64,000 nt of DNA, from NCBI RefSeq assembly GCF_052425735.1, contig NC_135768.1, positions 6,882,001 through 6,946,000 on the forward strand. The letters run 5' to 3'. The notes under the pieces are model-generated. The model made no database searches. It worked only from the letters and a program-made list of their open reading frames with translations, and was not told the DNA's origin. Below, piece by piece: positions 1 through 11,539 of this stretch. A program made the position numbers and the translations under genes. Position 1 is the first letter of the stretch. The number at the start of each line of letters is the position of its first letter. The DNA comes from Oculina patagonica. Its lineage: Eukaryota.

Positions 1-241
1 ATTATAAATAAATTACTTTCTTTTGGCAACCTGTTTTCCAATCAAACTGGCTTCAACGGCGCACGCAATGCTGTCTACATTATAACATAGCTTGAAGAGC
101 AAGCCGCGCAATTACATTCAGTTTGCGTAAGCGTGCACCATAATCCAATAGTGCACGTTTATTGCGTGAGCAAATCACTTCGCTAGAATTTTTTTCTCCG
201 GCGAGTGGCCCGAGTTTGAGCGGGGAATAACCATTTTAAAA

Positions 242-416
242 AACAATTGGTTCATGCTTTTCGCTGTGCACTACTATCCAGTTAAGAAGAAGCTAGAGTT
301 GCTCTCGGCTATTGCCTCGAGCAACTCTTAAGCGCTTCTTTCTGTTCGTGCCCTGTTAACTTCCCGCGTGCACCATAACATATCAATAGTGCACGCTAAT
401 GCATGAACTAATTGTT
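242..416. mobile_element. Palindromic terminal hairpin of a non-autonomous (Crypton-like) element
   Basis: aacaattggttcatgc (242-257) is the reverse complement (1 mismatch) of gcatgaactaattgtt (401-416). Internal palindrome agagttgctc...gagcaactct. A related gcgtgcacca...gtgcacg motif lies at ~132-158. Confidence 0.5.
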
Positions 417-888
417 AACTGGAAACATTTTGTGAAAATGTCAATACAATAGTAGAGCTGTATGTTTCCCATTTTGTGCTTATGGAATTAGCATTATTTC
501 ATTATGCCACAGTTACTACAAACAAGTAAGTTCGTATTATTGAGATTACAGTAATGAAAAATATATGAGTAAGTTTGTGCAATTAAAATCAAGGCGCACT
601 AAAGCGCATCATCCGGCTTCCACACCTCTTTACACTGCGGAGAATCCGACATACCCGTACCCCTGCGTTTGCGAGGTATCTCGTCTTTTGATACCCTTCC
701 TACTTTCAATTTGATAGCGCAACTACACGGCAAAAAACTACACGCCACGAGTGTGACGAATAACGTCACCGGCTTGACATAACATTATTGACCTATTATT
801 CCGGGGTTATTATAACACGCGAAATCCAGCGAAAAAGTTGTATAGATGAGCATAAGAACTTGAAAAATCGGGAAGCTTGAATTAAGTG

Positions 889-1818
889 ATGAACATAGAG
901 CTTACTTTTCGCCTTGCTACACCGAGTGACTTCGACGAAATCCTGAAATTGTCAGAAGGAATCTACGATGGACTCGATTATCTTCCATTTAGATATCATA
1001 AGTGGATGAACATGGATAATTTAGCTGTTATGCTTGCTTATTGTGGCGAGAAACTCGTGGGTTTGATTGCGTGTTCCATTGTTGATCAAGGAAGAACAGC
1101 ACTCAGTCGAGCAGCACGTACTTTGGCAGAGTTTCGCGGACGAGGTGTTTATAAACAGCTATCACAAGCAATGAATGATTTCATACGAAAGCAATACCCA
1201 AGTGTATGCCGAGAACGATTCGCCGTCACGGGTCTGAAGAGTTTACCTGCGGAAACGAAATTTGTTCAGTTGGAAATGTTGAAATGTTACGCTAAAAAGA
1301 AGACATTTCTCTCCCGTCACTTTTCTACAACAAATAATTCCATTCAGATTGAAGCTTGCACTAAAGAATACCTATGCGATGTTATTTTCTCTAGCCCTGT
1401 GGCACAGAAATTGTTTTCAGACAGTTTTATCCTTCTGGAACTATTTCCTGTCGAACCTGTTCGATCAAATATCGATTACTTGCAGCAAGAAATCGACTTG
1501 TATTTCGCTGTCGAGAAATGTAGCAATGGTGCTTTTCCTCGATCGGTCAGCTTCGGTGTATTGTCGCCAAGAGTTAAATGTACGATTTGGTCTGTGTCTG
1601 TTTACACCAGTGATCCAGTTCTGTACGAAGCTCACCTTTTGTATCAATTGAAGCGAGCCTGTGAAGTTATCAAGGGTGATTTTATTTTGTACTTGTTTCA
1701 AGACGATTGTTTGAAAAACTACGGGAAGAGAGTGCTGGAAGAATTGTTACGAGTGGAATTAGATGAAGAGTTGTCCAAAATGTCAGTGAAAGTCTATGAA
1801 AACAATTTTCTTCCGTAA
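889..1818 (+). CDS. NAT16: NAT16/histidine N-acetyltransferase-like GNAT, copy 1 (intronless, 309 aa)
   Basis: N-terminus LTFRLA..DFDEILKLSEGIYDGLDYLPFRYHKW resembles the NAT16/HISAT signature (IYGGLDYLPSRYHSW). Acetyl-CoA motif A is EFRGRGV. First ATG at 889 (the ORF track starts at GTG 886). Confidence 0.88.
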   Translation: MNIELTFRLATPSDFDEILKLSEGIYDGLDYLPFRYHKWMNMDNLAVMLAYCGEKLVGLIACSIVDQGRTALSRAARTLAEFRGRGVYKQLSQAMNDFIRKQYPSVCRERFAVTGLKSLPAETKFVQLEMLKCYAKKKTFLSRHFSTTNNSIQIEACTKEYLCDVIFSSPVAQKLFSDSFILLELFPVEPVRSNIDYLQQEIDLYFAVEKCSNGAFPRSVSFGVLSPRVKCTIWSVSVYTSDPVLYEAHLLYQLKRACEVIKGDFILYLFQDDCLKNYGKRVLEELLRVELDEELSKMSVKVYENNFLP

Positions 1819-2837
1819 TGTCAACTTTTAAGACGGAACTGTATTTTACTTTTTTGTTGATATTTTTTATTGTGACTGCGTGACAGCTTTCACGAGGTCG
1901 TGTCAAAAATTGTTGCTAGAATTTTACAGCAGTATGGCGGCCTACGCGTGCCATAGTGAAATTAGACATTATTTCTCGTTCTTTTTGCATTTTTTAACTT
2001 TGCTGTATATATATTTTTTATTTTTATTGCTGTTTTACTTTTGAATAAAATACTTTTTTGTACATTACTTATTTATATGAAGAATGATTGTTGTTTCAAT
2101 CGAAAAACAGTTTTATTTGGTCTCAGTTTATTTTCAGTTTTATTTTGTTTCAGTTTAGTTTCAGTAACAACAGCATCATGGCCTATGAGGGCCATAGCCC
2201 ACAATGCAATGCACCCAAACAATCCTTTTCAATATGGCGGACTGTTCCTGTCACATCAGTACAGCTGTCAGTATGTCGCAAATTCATAGCAGCAAGCAAT
2301 CAAGCCTGTTTATTTACAAGACAAGTAGGTTTTACTTTACCTCACATGTTAAAAAACTGTAGACAGTAAAACAATGACATGTTGCATGAATGTTTGATGA
2401 CTCATACCTTAACGATCGACTAGTGTACTTGTGGTCAAATATTATTATACGCAGTGGCTATTACTGTGGGAGTCCACAATTTTCGTAAAATTTCTGGGTA
2501 ATTACTTATTTTTACCAATCCAAAATATGATATGTCTATTGAGATACAGTAACCGATTATATTGAGCACGGATAATTTGATTCACGAGGTCAATATGCTG
2601 CCCTCAGATAACATGAGTTCCACCATCCAAGTAAGACGTAATAATCTAGCACGAGGTCAATATACTGCCCTCAGATAACATGAGTACCCTACGGAACTCA
2701 CCATCCAAGTAAGATATAATAATCTAGCACCAGGTCAATATAATGCCTTCAGATAACACGAGTACCCTACGGAACTCACCATCCAAGTAAGATATAATAA
2801 TCTAGCACCAGGTCAATATGCTGCCTTCACATAACAT

Positions 2838-3588
2838 GGGACGTATACAAAACATGGACCCGGGTCCATGGACCACCCCTGTGGACCACCCCTAATTTTC
2901 GAAAGAAAATCAAAGTGTAGAATGGGGGCAGGGTATAAATTGATGGCAGGTACTAAAACACAAAACAAAGAAACGAAACCACCGAAAAGACCGAAACAAA
3001 ATTAGCGAAACCACCAAAACGACCAAAACCAAACGCCGGAAAGGGTTGAAACAAGCGAAATGAAACAAAATCACTAAAACCCATTACCATTAGCGAAAGC
3101 TAACCGTAAACAGGCTAACCTGAGCGTTATTCAGGCTAACCGAAGTGCTATTGAGGCTAACTGGAGTGCTATTTAGGCTAACTGGAGTGGCCAACCGGAG
3201 TGGAAGGCATGGAAGGTGCTCTCCGGTTTATAGACTGAATAGCACTCTGGTCAGCCTAACTAACACTCTGGTTAGCCTGTTTACGGTTAGCTTTACTTTA
3301 CGGTTAGTTTCGGTGATTTTGTCTTGTTGTCTATGCCACTCTTTTGGCCGTTTCGGTTGTTTCGGCGGTTTCGTTTTGATCGTTTTGGTGGTCTAGCTTG
3401 TTTCGGTCGTTTCTTTTCGGTGGTTTCATTTCGTTGTTTTGTGTTTTAGTACCTGCCGTCAATTTATACCCTGTCCCCATTCTACACTTTGATTTTCTTT
3501 CGAAAATTAGGGGTGGTCCGTGGACCGGGTCCACAAGGTGGTCCATGGACCGGGTCCACAGGGGTGGTCCATGTTTTGTATACGTCCC
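2838..3588. mobile_element. Foldback MITE (751 bp) with 7-bp TSD
   Basis: TIR gggacgtatacaaaacatggacc / ggtccatgttttgtatacgtccc; arms are imperfectly complementary over most of the length. Flanking direct repeat ataacat at 2831-2837 and 3589-3595. Confidence 0.92.
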
Positions 3589-5233
3589 ATAACATGAGTA
3601 CCCTACGGAACTCACCATCCAAGTAAGATATAATAATCTAGCACGAGGTCAATATGCTGCCCTCAGATAACATGAGTACCCTTACGGAACTCACCATCCA
3701 AGTAAGACATAATAATCTAGCACGAGGTCAATATACTGCCCTCAGATAACATGAGTGCCATTAGGAATTCACTATCCGAGGTAAAGATAGTAATCTAGCA
3801 CGAGGTCAATATGCTGCCCTCACTTAACATGAGTACCCTACGGAACTCACCATCCAAGTAAGATATAATAATCTAGCACGAGGTCAATATGCTTCCCTCA
3901 GATAACACGAGTTCCAAAAGGAACTCACCAACGAAATAAGACATAATAATTTAGCAAAAAATCAATTTGCTACCCTCAGATAACTTGACTTTCATAAGGA
4001 TCTCAGCAACCAAGTAAGACATAATAATCTAGCATGAGGTCAATATGCTGACCTTAGATCCAACGAGATCCATTAGGAACTCACCATCCAATTAAGACAT
4101 AATAATCTAGCACGAGGTCAATATGCTGCCCTCAGATAACATGAGTTCCATTAGAAACTCACCATCTAAGTAAGAGATAATAATCTAGTACGGGGTTAAA
4201 ATGCTGCCCTCAGATAACATGAGTTCTATAAGGTACTCACCATCGAAGTAAAACATAATAATCCAGCACGAGGTCACTTTCCTGCCTTAAGAAAACATGA
4301 GTTCCATAAGGAACTCACCTTTCAAGTAAGACATAATAATCTAGTACGAGGTCAATATGCTTCCCTCAGATAATATGAATTCCATAAGCTATTCACAATC
4401 CAAGTAAAACATAATAATCTAGCACGAGGTCAATATGCTGCCCTCAGATAACATGAGTTCCATTAGAAACTCACCATCGAAGTAAGACAAAATAATCTAG
4501 CACGAGGACACTATGCTGCCCTGTGATAACATGAGTTTCATAAGGAACTCACCATCCAAGTAAGACATAATAATCTAGCACGAGGTCAATATGCTGCCCT
4601 CAGATAACATGAGTTCCATTAGAAACTCACCATCGAAGTAAGACAAAATAATCTAGCACGAGGACACTATGCTGCCCTGTGATAACATGAGTTTCATAAG
4701 GAACTCACCATCCAAGTAAGACATAATAATCTAGCACGAGGTCAATATGCTGCCCTCAGATAACATGAGTTCAATTAGGAACTCACCATCCACGTAAGAC
4801 ATAATAATCTAGAACTAGAACGAGGTCAATATGCTGCACTCAGATAACATGAGTTCCATTAGGAACTCACCATCGAAATACAACATAATAATCTAGCACA
4901 GAGTCACATTGCTGCCTTCAGATAACATGAGTTCCATTAGGAACTCACCATCCAAATAAGACATAATAATCTAGCACGAGGTCAATATGCTGCCCATTAG
5001 ATAACAAGAGTTCCATTAGGTACTCTCCATTCAAATAAGACATAACAATCTAGCACGAGGACACTTTGCTGCCCTCAGATAACATCACTTCCATTAAGAA
5101 CCCATCATCCAAGTAAGACATAACAATGTAGCTGGGAGTTACTTTGCTGCCCTCAGATAACATGAGTTCCATTTAGAACTCACCACCCAAGTAAGTCATA
5201 ACAATCTAGAACGGGGTCAATATGCTGCCTTTA

Positions 5234-5778
5234 GGGCCTGATTACATGAGCCGGGCTGGCCCGGTTAGCCGGGCTGGCTCGGTTTGCCGAGATCTCGGCA
5301 CGTCTGTTAAACGCAACAAAAATCAACTTTGCGATTACATGACAACCGGGCCAGCCCGGCTAGCCGAGATCCCGGTATCGCGATGCCGGGATCTCGGCTA
5401 GCCGGGCTGAAAATTTTCCATGTAATCGCGTTCACCGGGCCAGCCCGGCTAAGCGGGCCAGCATTAAATTTCTCTTCTGAGCACAATATCCGACGAAAAA
5501 ATCAATGCAACTCCTTCTAAATAGGACGTAGAGGTAAAGTAACCCATCCAGATGCATAAGTGCAAAAAATTAACCACCAAATAATTTTTTTATTGCCGGA
5601 AAAAGGTGATTAAGATCATTCGTGCTCTGATCATTTATGCTAAAACCGGGCTGAAAGTCATCTCGGCAAACCGGGCCAGCCCGGCTAACCGGGCTCATGT
5701 AATACCGGGCTGAAAGTCATCTCGGCAAACCGAGCCAGCCCGGCTAACCGGGCCAGCCCGGCTCATGTAATCAGGCCC
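5234..5778. mobile_element. PIF/Harbinger-type MITE (TTA TSD)
   Basis: Long TIR gggcctgattacatgagccgggctggcccggttagccggg... / ...cccggctcatgtaatcaggccc, with TTA on both sides (5231-5233, 5779-5781). Confidence 0.9.
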
Positions 5779-6139
5779 TTAGACACAATAATCTAGCACG
5801 TGGCCAATATCTGCCCTTAGATAACATTTGTTCCATAAGGAACTCACTATGCAAGTAATTAAGACATAATAATTTAGCAGGAGTCAATATGCTGCACTCA
5901 GATAACAAGAGTTCCAATAGGAACTCACCATTCAAGTACGCAGTAGTGTTAGTAGATTCAACACGTTTGGGTTTCCTTCAGAATTGCCGGCCACAATTGC
6001 GCGAGATGAGAATATTGCTTATGCAGTCTTGAGGACAAGGTTATACAAAAAGTAAATAATCGCTCTCGCATTGGCAGTGCCAAAGTTACAATTTTATTTC
6101 TGGTTTGATATTATTAACAACTCCGAGGTTCCAACATTA

Positions 6140-6596
6140 TCGTTTTAGAGATATGATATCTGAAAGAAGGTGCTTATTTGGATAAATTTGATTTCGTCAC
6201 TCGATATGACCACTGCGGTTTCTGGCAACAAAATGTTTTAAATGAATAAATGCAGGCCAACATTTTATTTGAGTGGGTCTATTGAACAAATATATTTCAC
6301 TTTTAAGGCCCCTTAGAGTAAACGTTGTCTTTAACAATTGGATTTGCAAACGTTCAAAGAGCAAAATGCTGCAAAATTTGACTGATTCGATCGCGCGCGG
6401 GAAGAGAAAATGAAAAAATAATAAATTTCTAACATTCGGATTTGGTTCATTTTTTGTCAATCGGTAGAGATTTATCCCAACAGGTTATTTATCCCGAAAA
6501 AAATGGGGGTCACCGACCGTTTAAGAGAGCAAACTGCAAGCGGAGTTAACACAACGACTACTCACCCAATATGTGTTAGGAAAGATTTCTCAGCGC
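6140..6596 (+). repeat. Dispersed repeat fragment (DNA-transposon derived); second copy at ~37690-38218
   Basis: gatatctgaaagaagg...atatgtgttaggaaagatttctcagcgc aligns over ~450 bp with a CFAP70-intron copy, which is preceded by ttaaggacgttcgc (TTAA-flanked, Kolobok-like end). Confidence 0.8.
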
Positions 6597-6618
6597 GCGC
6601 GCTCGTGCATGACGTGGC

Positions 6619-7562
6619 GGAAGGGATCTACGAGAGGCACGACTATCAAGTAGATATCACAAGTGGATAAAGATGGACATGTTACATGTTATGCTCGCTC
6701 ATTATGGAGAGAAACTTGTGGGTTTGCTTGCGTGTTCCATTGTCGACGAAGGAAGAACAGCCATCCGTCGAGCAGGACGAACTTCAAAGGAGTTTCGTGG
6801 ACAAGGTGTTTATAAACAGCTATCACAGGCGATGAATGATTTCATACGAAGAAAATACCCAAAATGCAAGTGTACCGTATTTACTCGAATAAGCGCCCCC
6901 CCCCCCCCGAATAAGCGCCGCATTTCGGACAAATAAATTAGTAAGCGCCGCCCCCGAATAAGCGCTGCAGTCTCGATGCAGCGCTTATTGAAGGAAATCT
7001 GTTTTAATTAAAAACAACACTAGAAAGTAACTCTAAAACAAAACTTGGACATTTCTTTCCATGAAAAGCGATGTTTCGCAGTTCAAAGTGATTGTTTTAC
7101 CGCTCGCCCATTAGTTTTTCTATCCAACATTCTTACAATACGCAGTTCTGTAAACGTTGTGAAGGCAGCGAACTTTGCCAGGACAGCTAACGACACTTCT
7201 CTCTTCAGCAAGAGACAAATATTGGTAATCAAAAGACGTTATTTCAATTAATGTAAAGGATTAGATTCTTGGCGGCGTTGAAATTTTTAATTAGCGCCGC
7301 CCTCAAAAAAGCGCCGCCCTCGAATAAGCGCCGCACATGAGACGCGAAAAATTTAATAAGCGCCGCGGCGCTTATTCGAGTAAATACGGTATGCCGAGAA
7401 CGATTCGCCGTCGCGGGTCTGAAGAGTTTACCTGCGGAAACGAAATTTTTTCAGTTGGAAATGTTGAAATGTTACGCTAGAAAGAAGACATTACTCTCCC
7501 GTCACTTTTCTACGACAAATAATTCCATTCAGATTGAGGCTTGCACTAAAGAATACCTATGC
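6619..7562 (+). pseudogene. NAT16-like GNAT pseudogene, 5'- and 3'-truncated and split by a MITE
   Basis: EGIY..HDY remnant with a deletion, then MLAHYGEKLVGLLACSIVDEGRTAIRRAGRTSKEFRGQGV. MITE at 6875-7389. Segment 7392-7562 is nearly identical to copy 1 (1206-1377). Ends abruptly in a Crypton remnant. Confidence 0.9.
6875..7389. mobile_element. Tc1/mariner-pogo-type MITE (TA TSD)
   Basis: TA|ccgtatttactcgaataagcgcc ... ggcgcttattcgagtaaatacgg|TA with repeated subterminal aataagcgcc motifs. Removing it restores the GNAT sequence agtgTAtgccgag. Confidence 0.93.
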
Positions 7563-7994
7563 CGGATGAAAGGCATCTTAAAAGAAAGTCCTATCCAGTG
7601 AGCATCATTAATGACCTAGCATTTGAAAAAGTTAAGAAAAACACTCCAGTCTAAACAAAAGCAGCTCAAGAAACAGGGAAGAGGAAACAAGCCTAATGCA
7701 TCGGTGGCTCTAACAGAAGATAAAATAAAACTTCTCTTCGACAAAGGCCTCCTCGGTGTTTCAAGTCCTGAAGCCATTTTAAACACCCTGTGGCTGAACA
7801 ACTGCCTCCATTTTGGGCTACGAGGAGTAAAAGAGCACCACGACATGCGCTGGGGCGATGTAAAGTTGTGCAAAACAGACCAGGGTGTTGAATACTTGGA
7901 GTTCAATGAGCTCCATTTGAACGAAAAAAAGAACTGGCGCCGACCACCGCGATGTGAGACCCTTCGCACCAAAAATGTTTTCAACGGATGGTAG
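7563..7994 (+). mobile_element. Crypton-type tyrosine recombinase (DUF3504/KIAA1958-like) remnant
   Basis: Translation ERHLKRK.YPVSIINDLAFEKLRKTLQSKQKQLKKQGRGNKPNASVALTEDKIKLLFDKGLLGVSSPEAILNTLWLNNCLHFGLRGVKEHHDMRWGD, including the FGLRG..EH catalytic-Arg region. Frameshifted and truncated. Confidence 0.85.
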
Positions 7995-10609
7995 CAAACA
8001 ATAGAAATCAACACGGAAGTCTGAAAATCTTCCCCGGAAGTAAACCAAACCGGAAACCCTGGAAAAACATTTTTTTGTTTTCCATGGTCAAATGTTCAGA
8101 AGTATCAGCTTAATTTTGTAAAAACACCTAAGAAATCGTGATACGGTGCTACATAAATGAAGTATTTTCTAATTCTACCCTTCTCTTTGAACGTAAAAGA
8201 TACCATGAATAAAAAAAATGCATATGGACTTCCTTTAAGCGTCGATACTGAACGGAGATTTAAAACAACAAACGACGGCGTCACCAAGGACAAGGTCGAT
8301 TGAAAACTCAATTTATAGTTGAATTACAAATCTCGCTAGAACTACTGTTTTCATTCAAATCGCCGTTCCAGTTGAAAAACTGAATATGGCAGACAGTGCA
8401 CGATTCAAAATAATTACTAATGACGCAGAATTTGAACATTACGCGTTGTTGTTTCGCTGAAGAAAAAGAATTGAACAAAAATTATAACACACGTGTGCAC
8501 GTGTTGAGTTGCAAAAATGCTAATTACGCCTTTTCAATAGCGTTGACCGGTGTGCATGTGGCCTTTAACGTCTTTATTAATATCACCGCCATTCGACGAG
8601 GAAAAAATTGTTTGCTCGAAAACATGCAACCTATCCTGAAAAAATGCGCTTTCAGCGAGAAGCCTTTCCAATATACAAAAGTTACCAAACAAAAATATAC
8701 GAAAGTCGCCAAACAATTTTTTTTATGAACAGAACAATAGCTTGTCCGTGCGTTGTGCATTATGTAAATTTCTTAGCCGTCCTCTGCAAAACAACAACGG
8801 ACACACGCACGCAGTCTTCACAGACGGAATCCTGGAAGGCTAGCAACACCTTTGGTTTAAAACAAATATAGCAGAATGCTCAAGAAAGAGACTAAAGGAA
8901 ATACAAACACCAGACGCTATTTTGTTAACTCTCTCTTTAGTTAACTGCAGGACGTTATTGTTACTTTTGTTGCTTCAATAAACACAAGTTCAGTCGATAC
9001 TGTGTTAGAAATACTGTAGTTCAACTTTTTCGATTTACTTCCGTTCTGGGAAATTTACTTCCGCTAAGAACTACGAGCATGCGCAATAAAAACCGGAAGA
9101 CCAAGGTTCTTCCTGAAATCGACCTGAAATTTATCTGATCCATTCCAGTTTCCCAGAGTCCATCCCATACCGCTGACCGACAAGATGGACTCTGGGCTCG
9201 AGATTGTGATGACCTTGGACAGTGCTCAGTGGGAGTTTGGGAGATTGGGAACCACATATGATGACGCAATATTTGCCACATTTTATGTGACGAGTCGTCT
9301 AAACGAGCAATTTTCGTAAGTGACCACTTTTATTTGTCACATAAAAGCTAACACGCCAACTTGTCGACAAATATATTTGTCTACTCGAGCAAATGAAAAT
9401 TGTCACATAAAAATTACTCCCAATCAGGCTTTGTTGTGTGGCCATGAGGGGTTAATAGTTTCAGATGAAATCGTTCGTTCGCCCAGAGAGCATATGAAAC
9501 TTCACTAGTATTACCTAGCATGATGTGCTAGCCTGTTCAAGGCGTTCCATTTTGCTAACGATATGCCGGCATCGCTGCTCTTTCTGACATAACAAAATTT
9601 TTTAGATAATTTGTTTTTCTTCGAGACACCGTTTTCGACATTTTTTATCACGACTTTACAAGTCTTGGTATTTGGGTTTACTGTAACAACTGACGAAAAT
9701 GATGACTAGCAGAGGTTCAGTTTTGGTTCTCGTTGAAATACATTCTTAACTTCCATACTCAAAAGGTTCTTTATGTTCTCGTGGCAAAAACGATATCTCA
9801 CTCGTTCGCTACGCTCAGTCGTGAGATATCGTTTCTGCCGCTCGAACCTAAAATTCATATCTTCTCGCCACCGTGTAATATCCTCTATACATTAACTTAC
9901 AATAGTAGAGCATATTCACTGCCGAACACTGCTTTATTGTCAAAAATAATCCAAATGACCTTGGTCACGCTATCAATAAAATAGTTGGGACTACCTCAGG
10001 ACGTAGCCTCCCAGATCCTACGCGGACGTTCTTTTGACTCGTCATGCAATTTTTCCTTGAGAAGGAAAGATTTCGTGAGGAGCCTAAAAAACTTCATTCA
10101 ATGTCACACACAATGGATCTTTAAAGAAAAACAATCACAAACTGCTGATCGGCCAATGCAGGCAAACCAATTCCTCACAATAAGTACTATCCTTGCAAAC
10201 TTAAAAATATCAGTAATTGCCAATGAAACTTTTGTATTTATACTAAAATACTAATCAAATGAATCCATGTCGCCAGAAACCTCTTCCACCGTGACATCTC
10301 TAATGAGTCACTAATGTGCAGAATTTTACAAAAAGCTTTATGCATGACAAAGACAACGAGCGTGACGAATGACGTCACCTCATCGGGCTGACATGACATT
10401 AAAAAAAAAAACAAAAACAAAATATGTTTACGTTGGGAAAATAATCCCCAGATGAACATGTTTATTATTTTTTCAAGAAATGCCTCACGAAATATGTTTA
10501 AGGAAGAGTTTCAGTGCTTCTAGATAGCCAAATTTCTGGAGGGCATGTCACCAGAACCTCCCAGCAAGATTTTGCCACGTCTATGTCAAAGATCTGGTTA
10601 CGGCCCTGA

Positions 10610-11539
10610 CTAAAGGTGACTTTGCTGCATCACATCTTCTTCGTACAAATTCACGGGTAGCTCTTCACCAAATTCTACCTGCAGCTTTTCCTTTAACACT
10701 CGTTTACCATGGTACGTCAAACTTTTGTCGTGAAAAGAATGGAAGATAAAATCGCCTTTGATAACTTCACAGGCTCGCTTCAATTGATGCAAAAGATGAG
10801 CTTCATACAGGACTGGATCACTGGTGTAAACAGTCACAGACCAATGTACTATTTTCACTCTGGGAGATAATAAACCAAAACTTACTGATCTGGGTAAAGC
10901 ACCATCGATGCATCTCTCCACAGCGAAGTACACATCGTTTTCCGTCGTTAAGAAATCGATGTTCGATCGTATAGGCTCAATAGGGATTTTTTCCACGAGA
11001 ATGATGTTATCTGGAAACAGTTTTTGTGCTACAGTTGTAGAAAAAACAGCATCACAGAGGTACTCCTTAGTGCATGCATTGATCTGAACGGAATTATTTG
11101 TGACGTGGAACTGACACGAGCGTAGAGTACCCTTTACTACAGGAAAGCTCAAAACATCTTGGTGCGCAATTTTTCTTAGCGATGGATAAAATCTCTCCCT
11201 CGCTAATAGTTGTCGGTAAACGTTTGGGAAATGTCTTCGAACGACCTCATTCCTTATCGCTTGAAGTATTCCTTTAGTTACACCTTGGCCGCGAAACTCC
11301 TTCAAAGTGCGTCCTGCTCGGGCAACCCACGTCCGTCCATCGTCGACAACAGAACACGCAACCAAACCAACAAGTTTATCTCCATAATAAGCAAGCATAA
11401 CAGCAACATTTTTCATCTTCATCCACGTATGGTATCTAAATGGAAGATAGTCGTGTCCATCGTAAATTCCTTCTGACAATTTCAGGATCTCGTCGAAGTC
11501 ATTCGGCCTAGCGAGGCGGAAAGTCAGCTCTACGTTCAT
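10610..11539 (-). CDS. NAT16: NAT16-like GNAT, copy 2 (309 aa from first ATG; C-terminal SHL)
   Basis: MNVELTFRLARPNDFDEILKLSEGIYDGHDYLPFRYHTW, motif A EFRGQGV, full-length colinear with copies 1 and 3. The frame stays open upstream to an acceptor-like ctctctattttgatcag at 11613, so an upstream exon is possible. Confidence 0.88.
   Translation of the reverse strand: MNVELTFRLARPNDFDEILKLSEGIYDGHDYLPFRYHTWMKMKNVAVMLAYYGDKLVGLVACSVVDDGRTWVARAGRTLKEFRGQGVTKGILQAIRNEVVRRHFPNVYRQLLARERFYPSLRKIAHQDVLSFPVVKGTLRSCQFHVTNNSVQINACTKEYLCDAVFSTTVAQKLFPDNIILVEKIPIEPIRSNIDFLTTENDVYFAVERCIDGALPRSVSFGLLSPRVKIVHWSVTVYTSDPVLYEAHLLHQLKRACEVIKGDFIFHSFHDKSLTYHGKRVLKEKLQVEFGEELPVNLYEEDVMQQSHL

Larger units (their letters stand above)
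2583..5938. repeat. 78-bp tandem satellite, ~26 units, interrupted by two MITEs
   Basis: Consensus GCACGAGGTCAATATGCTGCCCTCAGATAACATGAGTTCCATTAGGAACTCACCATCCAAGTAAGACATAATAATCTA; period 78 (e.g. 4111 to 4189). Each unit holds the hairpin TGAGTTCC-NNNN-GGAACTCA. Confidence 0.95.

Noticed and set aside
1349-1906. Short ORFs overlapping GNAT CDSs (also 11210, 17493, 17710, 53965, 62002-62796)
   Set aside because: Shadow or antisense frames of real genes with no independent signal.
2583-5938. CRISPR-like array (regular palindromic repeats)
   Set aside because: The whole 78-bp unit repeats with no unique spacers, there are no cas genes, and the context is eukaryotic.
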